From: Lytechinus pictus
Lineage: Eukaryota
NCBI RefSeq assembly: GCF_037042905.1
Contig: NC_087246.1
Location: forward strand, 5,954,001-6,018,000
Direction of reading: 5' to 3'
Length of the DNA stretch: 64,000 nucleotides
The first letter of the stretch is position 1; the number at the start of each line of letters is the position of its first letter. Made by a program: the position numbers and the translations under genes. Positions 49,286 through 61,832 of the stretch are shown piece by piece. The notes beneath the pieces are model-generated. The model had not been told where the DNA came from. It made no database searches and saw nothing but the letters and a program-made list of their open reading frames with translations.

Positions 49286-50378
49286 CTTTAATTTAGCGAT
49301 TCACTACACTTGAGAAAATACTTTTTTTGTAGATGATCTTTACAATACAAGTCCGCTTGCCTCGGAAAGAAAAGGACAATTAATGACCAGAAACGAAGCC
49401 TCTATAAAATTTAGTCTCTTGTCAGTCTTGCGAGCCCCTCCCCCCCCCCCCCGTGTATTCGAAATGTGTGTCACGTCTATTGTCAACCGGTTGCAATTGG
49501 CAACCACCTTAGAACAGCTGATATTGTCGTGCTTTCTTAGAATGCTATGTGCCTTGTACTTTCAACAAGTGTATGTCCAAAATGCTTTTCAGCAGTCCTG
49601 ATATTTTACCACAATTCAGACTTTTTAAACGAATGATTATTATCACATCTCATCAGAGGGAAATTCTTTAATTCAAACTGGGGATGATGATGTCCACGTA
49701 ATAAACCTTTATCCGACCAGCTAGTTCTTATTATAGTTTTATCAATAAAGGAGAAAATATTTGAATTTCATAAATACTGTAAATATATGCTACTTATTTA
49801 AATGGAGACAACTATCACTTATTTACAGTTTTCTCCTAAGTTTTAACACCGAAACGTTCTGCTACTTTTTTTTACCGATTTAGAATTTAAGTCATCGGGT
49901 AAACTTAGTGTTTGCTGGAAGTTTTTGAACTTCATATTTTTTTTTTACTCTATTCGTAAATGGATGACGCAGGAATTGTAAGAAGTCAAATAATATTCCA
50001 TCGGCTCCAGCCAAAATGATCCAACTCATCCGGAAAAGATACATCTTTAGAAATCCCGCATGACTGTGCTTAATACCGGAATCCTGAATCACTAAGGGTG
50101 AAAGCTTGCTGAATGATAGCCAAAATATCCAATATAGACTGAATCCGTTATGATCACCGTCACGTGGACCTATATACCGGTGGCATCGTGTATTATCATT
50201 ACCAATTGTTCATTAATTACAATTGATTGCAATATCAATAGCATATAATATATAGGTATGGTAAGCGTATTCCGGCGTGTATCATGCTATATGTCATCCT
50301 ATACAACTCGACAGTAGATAGATAAAGACTAATTGGCTTATAGTATAGAGTAATATTCAAAGCCATCATTTCACAATC

Positions 50379-50499
50379 ATGATCATTCTCTTACTCATCA
50401 TCACGACTAATTTTTACCGAGGTCGGTTGTTATCACGCAACAAGCACTCTGATTGACAGAGCCTTCGGCGCGCCGGTGAACGGTGGATATGATTTTGAG
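50379..50499 (+). CDS. Putative MMP exon 1 (signal peptide), apparently frameshifted
   Basis: ATG 50379 gives hydrophobic MIILLLIIT but that frame hits TGA. The +1 frame reads LIFTEVGC...AFGAPVNGGYDFE to a phase-0 GT at 50500, compatible with exon 2. Confidence 0.45.
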
Positions 50500-51129
50500 G
50501 TTCGCTGTACTTTTTATTTCTCCCTCATTCTGGAATCTACTGCAAAATACTGTCCCCAAGTCCACGTTCTCAAATAATAGTGTTTACTTTCACATTTCTT
50601 CCTGCACTGGCAAGTCAGGGAGCGCGGTGCTACAGGGGAAAGGGGCAACCGCCCTGTGATTTGCTAAGTAATGAAATACCACCCCCCCCCCCAAAAAAAA
50701 AAGACAATATTATACAGGGTCCCATGGAATATCACTACTTGATACCCTGACAAAAGTTTAAAAAAATTAATGAATGAATAAATAAACATACATCATATTT
50801 ATTTCTTCTTCGTCATTTCATCAGTTCTTAAGCCGTTTAAAATGATGAATGACACAAGTTTTTAAGTGTATATCTGTTTACGTTGTCTTTAAGATAACTT
50901 TCCCTCCTAGCTCACTCACTGTCCTCCCCAGGAGTTGGTCCCCTCTTCGATTTTATTGCTGCTCCTTATACTATGATGAAATCGACACACTGATTCATCA
51001 ATGCCCTGGGTATATAGGCCTAGTTCATTATCTCTGTGTTGTAATTGTGATGCAGTCAAAGAGTATCAAAAGGATACAATAAATTGGTGAAAACAACCAA
51101 AACAGTTTATCAAAATCTTTCTTTATTAA

Positions 51130-51698
51130 AGGGATGGTCCGGGCTGAAAATATTTATATCTTAATAAATAGAGTAGAATTCACTAATCAAAATGCCGAAA
51201 ATTTCATCAAAATCGGATAACAAATAGCAAAGTTATTGAAGTTTAAAGTTTAGCAATATTTTGTGAAAACAGTCGTCATGAATATTCATTAGGTGGGCTG
51301 ATGATGTCACATCTCCACTTTCCGTTTTCTTATGTTATTACATAAAATCATATTTTTTTCTTTATTTCATACTTGTGTGAATAATATGTCTCCCTTATAA
51401 TAAAATAAGTTGCAGCCAAGTTGGTTGCAGCAATAAATATCTAATGCACTAAATCATGGAGGAAAAATTTTGAATAAACCGAATTTCATATAATAAAATA
51501 CAAAAGAACAAGTGGAGATGTGACATCATCAGCCCACCTAATGAATATTCATGACGACTGTTTTCACAAAATATTGCTTAACTTTAAAATTCAATAGCTT
51601 TGTTATTTGTTGAAATTTTGATGAAATTTTTGGCATTTTGCTCAGTGAATTCTACTCTATTTATTAAGCTATACATACTTTCAGCCCGGACCATCCCT
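51130..51698. mobile_element. Kolobok-like MITE (subfamily B), near-perfect foldback, in MMP intron 1
   Basis: TTAA|AGGGATGGTCCGGGCTGAAA ... TTTCAGCCCGGACCATCCCT|TTAA; about 190-bp arms. Confidence 0.85.
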
Positions 51699-51769
51699 TT
51701 AACAAAATTCAACTTAACAAAATAATTCTTTATACTATAATATATTTTTTTTCATCGAATCCTCCACAG

Positions 51770-52041
51770 AATTACCTGTTTGAATTCGGTTACCTAACCA
51801 TGCCTGTCGGGAAATCTCCCGGCCCTACGGTCATCACGAATGCTGTATCTAATCTTCAGTCTTTCATGGACATTACTCCATCTGGTAGCAAGGGACAGGT
51901 AGATAAGAAGACTCTTGATACTGTCAGGACACCTAGGTGTGGTCTCAAAGATCCTATCAGACACATGGCTGAGGGAGACCCTGATGTAGTTCGTCATACA
52001 TTGTTTGGACCGAGGTGGAACAAGACTGCATTAGTCTACAA
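51770..52041 (+). CDS. MMP exon 2 (propeptide, cysteine switch)
   Basis: Acceptor cacag, NYLFEFGYLTMP...PRCGLKD...WNKTALVY(K), donor GTAAGA. Confidence 0.9.
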
Positions 52042-52251
52042 GTAAGAACACACGAGAGAAGCGTCAAAATAGAGGATTGGTAGTTTCTGAATAGTTCTAA
52101 GAGCAATCATGCTTTTTTGCGTCAAATTCTGTTAAACTGCGCATCGTTAGGCTTTATTATGTATCCTTTAAGTATTTTTGTTTATCAGCATCATCAATAA
52201 CACCACCACCACCACTACCACCACAACCACCACCACCACCACCACCATCAC

Positions 52252-52286
<35 letters not shown>

Positions 52287-52324
52287 CCACCATCATCATC
52301 ATCGTCACCACCACCATCATCGTC

Positions 52325-52358
<34 letters not shown>

Positions 52359-55300
52359 CCTTCGTAATCAGTAGGCCTACCACCACCAACATTGTGATCA
52401 TCACCATCATCATCACCATTATATCTCGATTATCATTATCATCGTCATCACCACTTTACCACTAACGTCAATTAGCATTTTGGTATTATATTAGCTCCAA
52501 TTACAACATATGTGATATACGTTGTTTGCTTTGGTATTTTCAGTACTTTATTTCAGTTCTATTCAATTCGATATTTTTCATCATCATTTCTATCGTTCCT
52601 AAATCAATGTTATTATCATACTTCATGCAGGATATTCAAGTTTCCACGTAAGGTCAAGAAATCGCAGTACCGTAACGCGATCGAGGAGGCTTTCCGGCTT
52701 TGGAGTAACGCTTCACCGCTCACATTTCGGGAAGTGAATCGGAGAGATTCGGCAGACATCGACATTCGGTTTGTTTCGGGTTTTCATCAAGATGAACATC
52801 CATTCGATGGACCAATGGGCGTTGTTGGTCATCCGGTGATTGAGGAGATGTATGAATCTCGCGTTGTCAGGATCGACGTCGATTCAGATGAACTATTCAG
52901 TTTTGACAGCGCAGACGGTAAGGAAAGTCGTAGATTGGGATCAAGAAGTCCTTGTCAAGAATCACAAAAATGCACACCCTCAAGCTTACAAACACCTTCA
53001 CTCATCTTTGGAGAAAATAGATAATGAGATAGTAATAAACCATTTAGTTTGGCATTATCAGTTATTTGTATCTATTTATACTTGTTCCGATATGTGTCAA
53101 CATTTTTAACAGTAACAGTAGAGTTAGCAATGAATGGAAAAAAGCAATGATAATGATAATATTGATTAAAATGATGATTGAATGAATTATTCCTATCAGG
53201 GAATATCTATTTGTTATGAACAGGGCAAGCTATAATACGACTTTATAATTAGTGTCGTTATTATATAGGCCCTATACTTTCACATGTACTCGATTATGAC
53301 AATGTCAGTAATGGCAAATTTCCCAACATTCCCTTTTTATGTGTCCAAAGTTTGATATTACGTATACGCCTCGGTTTGGAAGAGTCGCAATTTTGGCGGG
53401 ATGCGCAAAACTTTGGTAGTAAATTTGAATGTTACCAAGTATTTTTACAAATATACAGACACGACAAACGACCTCCGTGCTATTATTGACCGCAAATATA
53501 CAACTGTGAGACCTTTTTCATTTCATTTAATCAATTCATTTCAAACCGACAAGACTTAATTAGCAAAATGTGTTTTTTATAGGTCGGTTCATAAATTCAC
53601 TAACATAAAAAATAATATATAACGTATTTTTTTAAATACTATTGGCATCCTTCTATAACTTTCGCGTGAGTAATCAAAAACCGACACCTTACACAAACAT
53701 AACATAGTATTGTTGACGGGGAGGGATCAAACTTTCATAATCATCTTCTTGGGTTATTGTGTAGCTATACAGTAGTAGAGATACCATATTTTAACGCCCA
53801 ACAAATTACGTCGGGTGCCCATCTGGTATTCAGTGGAATTTAATCATAGTTTAATTCACTCCAATGATGCGTACTATATTGGTAATCAACTATCCAAGGT
53901 TAACTGTAGAAATCAACGATGATGAGGCAAGTCGCTGTAATCATTTACTCAAATAGAAAGATATCTCATGACGTAAAACTTTTAATTGAATCCTCAGAAT
54001 TAACTAATGAATGTCCTCAAACTAACCTTGAAAATGCGATGTATGTTTTCTTATCTTTACCGAATGTGACATTTAATTTTTAATTTAAGTAATCTTTATC
54101 ACAATAGGATGATTTTATCAGGCAAATCCAGTCATCATTAAAACTATAAATGCAAAGGACGTAGGCGTAGTTCATTTTCATGTGAAATTATTTTTTATCA
54201 CTTGCTATGCTATTTAGTGGTTTAGTGGTTTTAGTTGTGGTTATTTCTTTTGGTATTAAGAAAACATGGATGCTTGTTATCTCAAGACTCCTTCCTTTCT
54301 CCCTTCTTACAATCCATTTCTCTTTTTTTTTCTCGAAGCCATTAGTCTATCAAGGCATCAAGGGCAGCTTCAACCGGGAATGTCTGGAGGGGAGAGTTGG
54401 GAAATAGTCAGTCCCCCTCCCCTCTTTTAAAACTGCTCCGCGGCCCCTCTATTTTTTTCTCTTGTAACTGCAATATATTTCCTCCCACTCTTCTTTCCTC
54501 TCTATCATGTATATAGTACCTGTAGTAAGTTAACTATTTTGTGTATTTCTTCCCTCAATTTCACCATATTTCACATTTTTATTAAAGCCCTCTCTCTAAT
54601 TGTTTTATGAGAATATTTTCCTTGTTATACTTGAATCATCAGATCAATCCAATTATCTCTCCTTTTCATCGTTTTTTTTTTGTTTCTCAGGTATAAATCT
54701 TCTTCAAGTGATGGTTCATCAGATTGGTCATGCCTTAGGATTAGGACACTCATCTGATCATGACTCTATCATGTCTCCATGCGTTAAACCATATATTCCA
54801 AACTTTACTCTAACAGAGACAGACATCGCTGGTATCCAGTCAATATATGGTAAATAAAACAAGAGGTTTTTTCTTTCTTTGCTGAGTTTTTTTTCTTTAC
54901 CTTGCTATCTGATGTACCTATCATGCTTATGGATACCCTATGATTAAAAAAAAATATATACTAATATTATTATCTTACATTATAGTAAACGAAATGTAAA
55001 AAACAACAACATTGAATTAGCTTTCTTGATTTTTTAAATCAATATCTTTAAATTTTCATTTTAGTAATCATTTAATTTTGGTTTTGTTCATTCTTTTCAG
55101 GATTACCCAATTCTCCCGTTGACCCTATATCTCCTCCTGTTGGAAGGTTGCCTAGTCCCATTATACAGCATAGTGAACCAAGATATCTCTGTCAAGAGAG
55201 ACCTTTAGATGCAGTGGCCATTTTAGCTGGAGAAATATATGTTTTTAAGGTGAGCCCCGACCCCCCTTGACCTTCAGATAGTAGGGGTGATGTCGAGATG

Positions 55301-57285
55301 ATGCTATGAGTAAAATGTATAAGAGGGTCTGTGGTATATACTATGAGGGGGCCCAATTTTGCACTCTTTAAACATACTGGTCGCATTTGGCAGTGATGAG
55401 CGCTTACAGGTATAGCAAGTTGCTATTAGTATTAACATCTCTATTACAATTCATTGTATGATAAAAATAATTCATTATTACAAAAGTAATTATAGACTCT
55501 TCAGTAACTCCAATGTAAGTTACAATTGTATTTTTATTTGTCGAAACTTACAATGAAATAGATTACAAAAAACGTTCTTATTCCAGTGTTGATGGTGATG
55601 ATTATTATGCAACAACTTACAGAATGTTATCATTCTTCTTCTACCAAAATTCATATTTTCATTTGTTCCCTTCCAATCTAGGGTAATAGATACTGGCAGT
55701 TTTCATCTCCTAATCATCTGTTATCACCTATCAGTGGTAGTCTCATATCAGAACGTTGGCCTGGTTTACCGACTGGTATAGATGCTGTTTATCAAAGGAA
55801 CACTGATAATAAAGTCGTCTTTATTAGAGGTAATTATTTATAATTTGAATGGAATGGTCGAGCTACAGCATTGCTGTTCTCATATTGAATATTTTCATTT
55901 TTACCAGATATACTGTACACTATGCTAAAATGATTAGAAATTGATAGACTTTCAAACTTAAAGGCACTTTGAAAGAGTTTAAGGATGAACCATGGTCGAT
56001 TACATATTAAAGTGGCCAACTTTGAGAAAAGTTGAATTTGTGTAGTTCAAGTATAATTTCTACAATCGCCCATTTAAATTGATATTCATGTGGAACTCAA
56101 TCCCTCAATATCTTCTTTGATTTTTCAAAAATATCCTCTCACTATTATGGTGATTCACATTAATTCATTTTCACTTTGTTTAAAATACTTGATTTTTTTT
56201 TCACACCATTTTTTTGCTATCAGTCAGTCTGTTTTGTTTTATTTGTGTCTTGTTTTCACTTTTCATCAGCAATATCCAACCATATAAGCACATCTGCCAT
56301 TTATTTGTTTATTTCCTTTCCAGCTGGAAGGATGTGGATCTATGACATCCACCCCAAGACAGAAAGCGATACCCTTGCCCCCTACACCCAGATTCATCTT
56401 CGAGATATTGGTCTACCAAGAGCTATTGATATGGCCCTCTCATGTCCTTCTTGGCCCCAGTCTACATATTTCCTCAAGAAAGGCAAAGTTTGGCACTACA
56501 GTGACCAGACCAGGTCTATCTTAGAAGGTCCGCTTGAGGTAAAGGACTTATGGAATGGTCTACCAACCAGACGCATGGATGCAGCTTTCACTTACAATGG
56601 TGGGTTAAAATTTTAATGAATAATTGATATTTGAAATATTTTTTGTTAGCCGATTATCTGATCATTGATACGAATGGGATGCTCAAAAATATATCCTATT
56701 GCTGAAAAAAGTGTTTTTTTTTAAATTTTCACTGTTTTAAACATATCTCTGATTGCAATACTAGATTTATGAATATATATAAAATCCGATGAACATATTA
56801 CAAAAATATAACCTGGCCAAATTTTGATTAAATAGAACCAGGCCATATTTTTATAAGCCTTGAACTGATTAGATTTTGAGGAAAGAAATAATAGAAGTAT
56901 ATTTATTAATCAAAAGTTGATTAGCCATCAATGAGCCTCCCAACCCACCCACGTATAAGGTTATCCATTAAAAAGCAGAAATTATACACTTCAATTCAAA
57001 TTTCAAAGAACTAAAAGTATTAGATCTCCAATTATTGTGAGAGAGATATTTATCAGTTTAAAATTATTCACAGAATAGCTGAAGGTTACTTGAATATCAA
57101 TTGTCATTGTTTTATTATGAATAGACCACTTGATATCCCCCTTTTCATTATTGTGTTTTCTTTTGTTTAACATAGATGATTCATATTTCATCCTTGGATA
57201 CCAATACTGGAAAGTGGATCATACTAATAACAGAGTGGCCTCTGGATATCCCATGAACTTTCATGAAGACTTTCTGGGTTGCTGA
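51770..57285 (+). CDS. Matrix metalloproteinase (M10A)-like protein, secreted type with 4-blade hemopexin domain; catalytic Glu->Gln, predicted inactive (exons 2-8)
   Basis: Join 51770-52041, 52631-52917, 54691-54849, 55101-55249, 55682-55829, 56324-56599, 57176-57285 = 1401 nt, continuous frame, all GT-AG. Motifs: NYLFEFGYL, cysteine switch PRCGLKD, WNKTALVY, PFDG, HQIGHALGLGHS, Met-turn SIMSP, IQSIYG, Pro-rich hinge, four hemopexin repeats, terminal FLGC*. Confidence 0.9.
52186..52455. repeat. (CAC/CAT)n microsatellite in MMP intron 2
   Basis: Directly visible. Confidence 0.92.
52631..52917 (+). CDS. MMP exon 3 (catalytic domain, N-terminal part)
   Basis: Acceptor tgcag, IFKFP...AFRLWSNASPLTFREV...ADIDIRF...PFDG...DSDELFS, donor GTAAGG. 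Confidence 0.9.
54691..54849 (+). CDS. MMP exon 4 (zinc-binding helix, Met-turn)
   Basis: Acceptor ctcag, INLLQVMVHQIGHALGLGHSSDHDSIMSP...DIAGIQSIY, donor GTAAAT. Confidence 0.92.
55101..55249 (+). CDS. MMP exon 5 (hinge, start of hemopexin domain)
   Basis: Acceptor ttcag, LPNSPVDP...LCQERPLDAVAILAGEIYVFK, donor GTGAGC. Confidence 0.88.
55682..55829 (+). CDS. MMP exon 6 (hemopexin)
   Basis: Acceptor tctag, GNRYWQF...ISERWPGLPTGIDAVYQ...VVFIR, donor GTAATT. Confidence 0.88.
56324..56599 (+). CDS. MMP exon 7 (hemopexin)
   Basis: Acceptor tccag, GRMWIY...GLPRAIDMA...TYFLKKGKVWHY...WNGLPTRRMDAAFTYN, donor GTGGGT. Confidence 0.88.
57176..57285 (+). CDS. MMP exon 8 (last hemopexin blade, stop)
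   Basis: Acceptor catag, DSYFILGYQYWKVD...SGYPMNFHEDFLGC*; terminal Cys is typical of secreted MMPs. Confidence 0.88.
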
Positions 57286-60200
57286 ATGTTATCACCATCA
57301 TTACAATCCTTTGAAAGATCTCCATGGTAACTTTAACACATTCGAGCAGACAGGAGAAAGTGACTCCTGCCAATATTTCAAATTTAACCAGTTAGCTACT
57401 GAATTATTCAATTACAATAGACTTTGTACAGGATCTTCTTTGATCTGTGGGCAACTAGGGTTGACTAATCATCATTAAATCAAATTGGACAGGACTTGGA
57501 TTAACAAATCTTTACTGTCTTAAATAGAGATCAGAGGTTGGGGAACATTATTATTTATTTGTTATTATTAAATATTTTATAAAAGATATGAATTAGTCAT
57601 GAAGTGTGTAATTAAACATAATGACTCAAGGGTGAAATTAGTGGAAGGAATATATATCCTTTCATTTCATGACTTAAGTTAATTTAGGTTTAAAGAGGAG
57701 TTTATTTTGACTAGTCAGGAGTAGAACCATAAGAGGGGGGGGGGGGTGATGATCCCCATGATTTTTCAAGTGAATATTAGGTCTCAAGCTAAAACAATGG
57801 GAAAGAGAACCGAAGTCATGCACCTTTATATAATTATGCCCCCTTTCCTTCATTCACAATACCTTGCAACGGCCTCTGTGACTCGTCACAACCTAACAAA
57901 ATATAGATCACAGCTTGATAATGATAGTGTATTAATATTTCATGACTAGTTTATGTCCACATTCTGAAGCCTTTTGATATCAACTAGTCAAAACCCGTCT
58001 TCTCACACGCAATATGTCAAAAGCATATATTCACCAATGAATAGTGTAAATTTGTGTTGAAGGGCTTTTAAATCCTATTGCCAACAATGGACTAAAACAG
58101 CCAATTTAAACTTAAATAATTTACACCAATGAGTCAAGAGCAAATTGAGGTTTATATGAATAGTAGCTTAATCAATATCAAATACTTTAAAATCAGTGTT
58201 TGATTGGAAAATTACTTTATCATAAACAGACAATTATAGAAACATAAATTGACCAATCATACACTCCATTCATTGTATTGAGTAAAGTGAAAAAAAGCAT
58301 TTGGCATCAATTGTAGGTAAATACAAATGGTATCAACAAAAACACCAATCAAAGTACATAAAGATGTTAAGTAAAGTAACACATATTACTATTTTAAAGC
58401 AATAATGTGATATTTTTTAATGATACAGAGTTACAATAGGAGATATCATGATGAATTGCATGTGGTTTTTTACCATAAGATCTCACAATTTTATAAAACA
58501 TGATTTGACCATTTTAGTGATGAGAGAATCGCCATTTTAAGAGTAAAACAAATTTACACTCATTTTTTTCCATATGTACTTAAAATGTACTGGAGGTATT
58601 TTGTTTATAATCACTTGTACTGGTTGGTCTTCTTTCATTCTTTCCACTTAAAATGAACCACATTCCAGAGAATGGTGTGTGCTTTTTTCTTATTATATTT
58701 GGGACATAATATATGATTAATTTTGTTGCATGAATGCAATGAATTGTCAAAATGCCAGATTTGCCTATGAATCATTGCTTATGGGGGCAGAGTATAAACA
58801 AATGCAAAATAAACTGACTGGTGATTGGGTAAAGAGATTGCGAAAAATGGCACCAATATGCATTTATATATTTAATAATCTGCATACCAATATGAAGACA
58901 TGTATGTCTTTGTGTTGCAGTCATTGTATTCAATAGTATTGTAATTTAATGTGGTTTGTGATAATGTATTTATTGATGGTATTCAACAACACGAACAGCA
59001 TTTTAAAGCAAGGGAAACACTTTTCAAAGTGTAAGTTTAAAATATGGCTGACTTCTGACAAAGTGGTGATTGTATATGAATCTGCCTGTATAAAACAGAT
59101 AGCAGATTAAGGTTAACTAACAGATATTGAAGGGTTTCAAATGAATGGAAATAGAAAATATTTATTATTGAAAATATGGGATTATAAATATGTAATGGAT
59201 GTTCAATATATACTTAAGCAAAGTTATCTTTTCATGATACTGTAAACAATATTGTGTGCCATAGTGAATTTGGGGAAAGATATTAATGGATATTAATAGC
59301 AGTATTTTCTTTAAACAGTAGTATTCAATGGAATTGTATTCATATGTAAAATTGTCAAATAGTTTATTTACAATCAGGGATGCCATCATAGGTAAATAGA
59401 TGAAATCAGTGCAGTGCATCACAAAACAAACTCAAACATAATGGCTATACATTAGAATATTGGTCATCAGTGGAGGGAGCGAAGAATGCTCTCCTTGATC
59501 ATGTATTAATCAAACTTCACATGTCCCCTATGAAAAATGAAAAGAAAATACCTTTTTTCTTATATAATAATATGACACAGCTTTGGAAAGTTTTTTCCAT
59601 ATGCATAATGCAAATTCAACTTTTGTGTCAAAGCTTGTTTTGTGAACATACTGTGTTAGCAGATGTTTTGGATTAATAGAAATGCCAAACTAACGAGTTC
59701 TTGTATATGTTATATAATAAGTACTACTGTATGTGAATGCTAATTAAAGACCCTTGTAACTCAAATGCAGATTGATTCCTTCTGAAGTGCAGAGCTGAAT
59801 AGAACTCAAATATTATGTTCAAATGTGGATATATATACATATTTTAATAATTTTCTCACAGCTCTATTCGTTATGAATGTGACATGTCTCATTCCCCAAG
59901 AGAGTGGTGTGCAATTTTGGCAAAGCAGGCCACGGGCCCGTCAAATGATATTACAGACTATCTTACTACGGAAAGTATCATGTGAGACATGACTAATTTT
60001 GTAGTATCAACAAGAAAAGAATAATTTTGAGAAGATATTGTATGGAGGCATGCTGTTACATCAAGTACCAGCTGAATGAGGTGTCTACCACTCTTTTAAA
60101 AACAATTTTTGCAATTTTTTTTTTTGTAATATGTAATTTCACTAAATGAATAAGACAAGCATTTCTTAAAGGATTGATAAGTTATTTCATATGTTTGTAT

Positions 60201-60596
60201 GACACATGTATTCTTTGCAGCACTGTAGATCAACTTGCATTTGGGTTGCTATGGACGTTTTAAATGGGTATGGTTTGTAAATTAATTCATATTTCCTACA
60301 TGTGTGCTTGTATAGATAATAGTGTACTAGGACTGTGAAACATGTATATCTTGTAAATATTCATATAGATATCTATATCTGAAAAAATATATATGAACAT
60401 ATGCAACATTAAACATGAGTATAAAACAAAGGGATTGAAGTATTTGGATTGGCGTATTTATTTAACATAGTGTGGTTTCAATTTCAGTTTTTAAATTGTA
60501 TCTTCCCAACAAAACAATGTTTTGTCAGGAGGATGCTAAAAGCTTGACATGCAAATCTTTGGGGAAAAAAACTACTGCGCTCTTATTTTTTACAGT

Positions 60597-60664
60597 AAAA
60601 GTTAGCAGAGATGGTGTAAGGCTGTTAGCTGGAAATTAGCTTTCAGCCATCTCTGCTGATTTTT
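60597..60664 (+). other. Isolated 68-nt pre-miRNA-sized hairpin (candidate)
   Basis: Uninterrupted 18-bp basal stem with two G.U pairs on the + strand, plus a further 9-10 bp upper stem. Confidence 0.3.
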
Positions 60665-61509
60665 GTCTTTCACTTGATTTGAGAAGTGAATTGAGTAACT
60701 TCCTAGTTCAAGCTACAATATTATAACCTCTTCATAAAATAATGCAAATCAACTTAGCACTTTGCTGATATCATTATTTTGAGTTTTTGGCCATTTTCAC
60801 TTCTTGGAGATACATATATATGTATTCTTACATTGGGAAGTTTTGAGGAGTATAAACATATAAGCAAGGAGGGGGGGGGATGCCTTGGCTCCACTAATAT
60901 TGACTACCTTTGTTACCTATCCTTTGCAAAATTCTTCAGTGTAAACTGGCTTTTGAAAAAAAAAAGCTAAAAGTAGCCCTAAAATTTGTGTAAACATTAA
61001 AAAACGATTCGTCTCAGAATTTAACTTTTTCAAGCAGTATGCTTATCTACCAGTTTTTGAAACGAGGGAATATTTGTGATGCTTAGCAATAGAAGCACGC
61101 CTGGCTTAGTAGACAGCACTGGAGAAAAAATGTGAAGTGTGTGATGAAAACTTAGTCTGGGGCTAAGGATGTGTAGATCTTTTTATCCTTAAACCCATAC
61201 AACTCACCTCATGCTCTCTTATCTACTTTCAAATACAGGTTGTCATTATGGCAACCTCACTGAAGCATTATTTCATTTGAATTCATTAAGCATTTTGAAA
61301 ACCAAACAATTCTGTAAGACATCCAATGAAAGAAAATAAGAATTTATTATGATATAATAATATTTATTGAACATAGAAATATTTGGCCATTTTCAAGAAA
61401 TGTTAATACCACAACTACAAGTTAACAACATTAAACACAATCTTTTACCACATTGAATGAATTATCAAGGTTATCTGCAGCTTCTCACCAAGACGGCTGT
61501 CAAAACAAA

Positions 61510-61832
61510 ATCAGAGAAGCATTTCATAAAACATATAGTCATTCTCACAGAATTTTGTTATAGGCTACTGAAATCCTTGCATCCGATTGGCTCAGAACAA
61601 ATTAGTCAATAAAAATCACTGACAAACTGCTTTGTGGAACACTCCTCAGTTTTAGCAATATTTGACTGATCCAAGGCATTTTTGCTTTAAAGTAACTATG
61701 AAGGTAACTTTGTCATCTAATGGTATCTCCCAAGGAATCATTGATTTTGATTGGTTGTTGGACATTGTTACCATGGTAATTATCACTGGATGGTAAAATT
61801 ACCAAAATAGTATCATTAATGCAACTAGGTAC
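61510..61832. mobile_element. Two adjacent decayed short palindromic MITEs
   Basis: TTTCATAAAACA..TGCTTTGTGGAA and GGTAACTTTGTCATC..GATGGTAAAATTACC imperfect inverted pairs, each around a GATTGG centre. Confidence 0.4.

Noticed and set aside
52918..53024. Extension of the MMP catalytic ORF past 52917
   Set aside because: Read-through into the intron; a strong GTAAGG donor and phase match to exon 4 define the boundary
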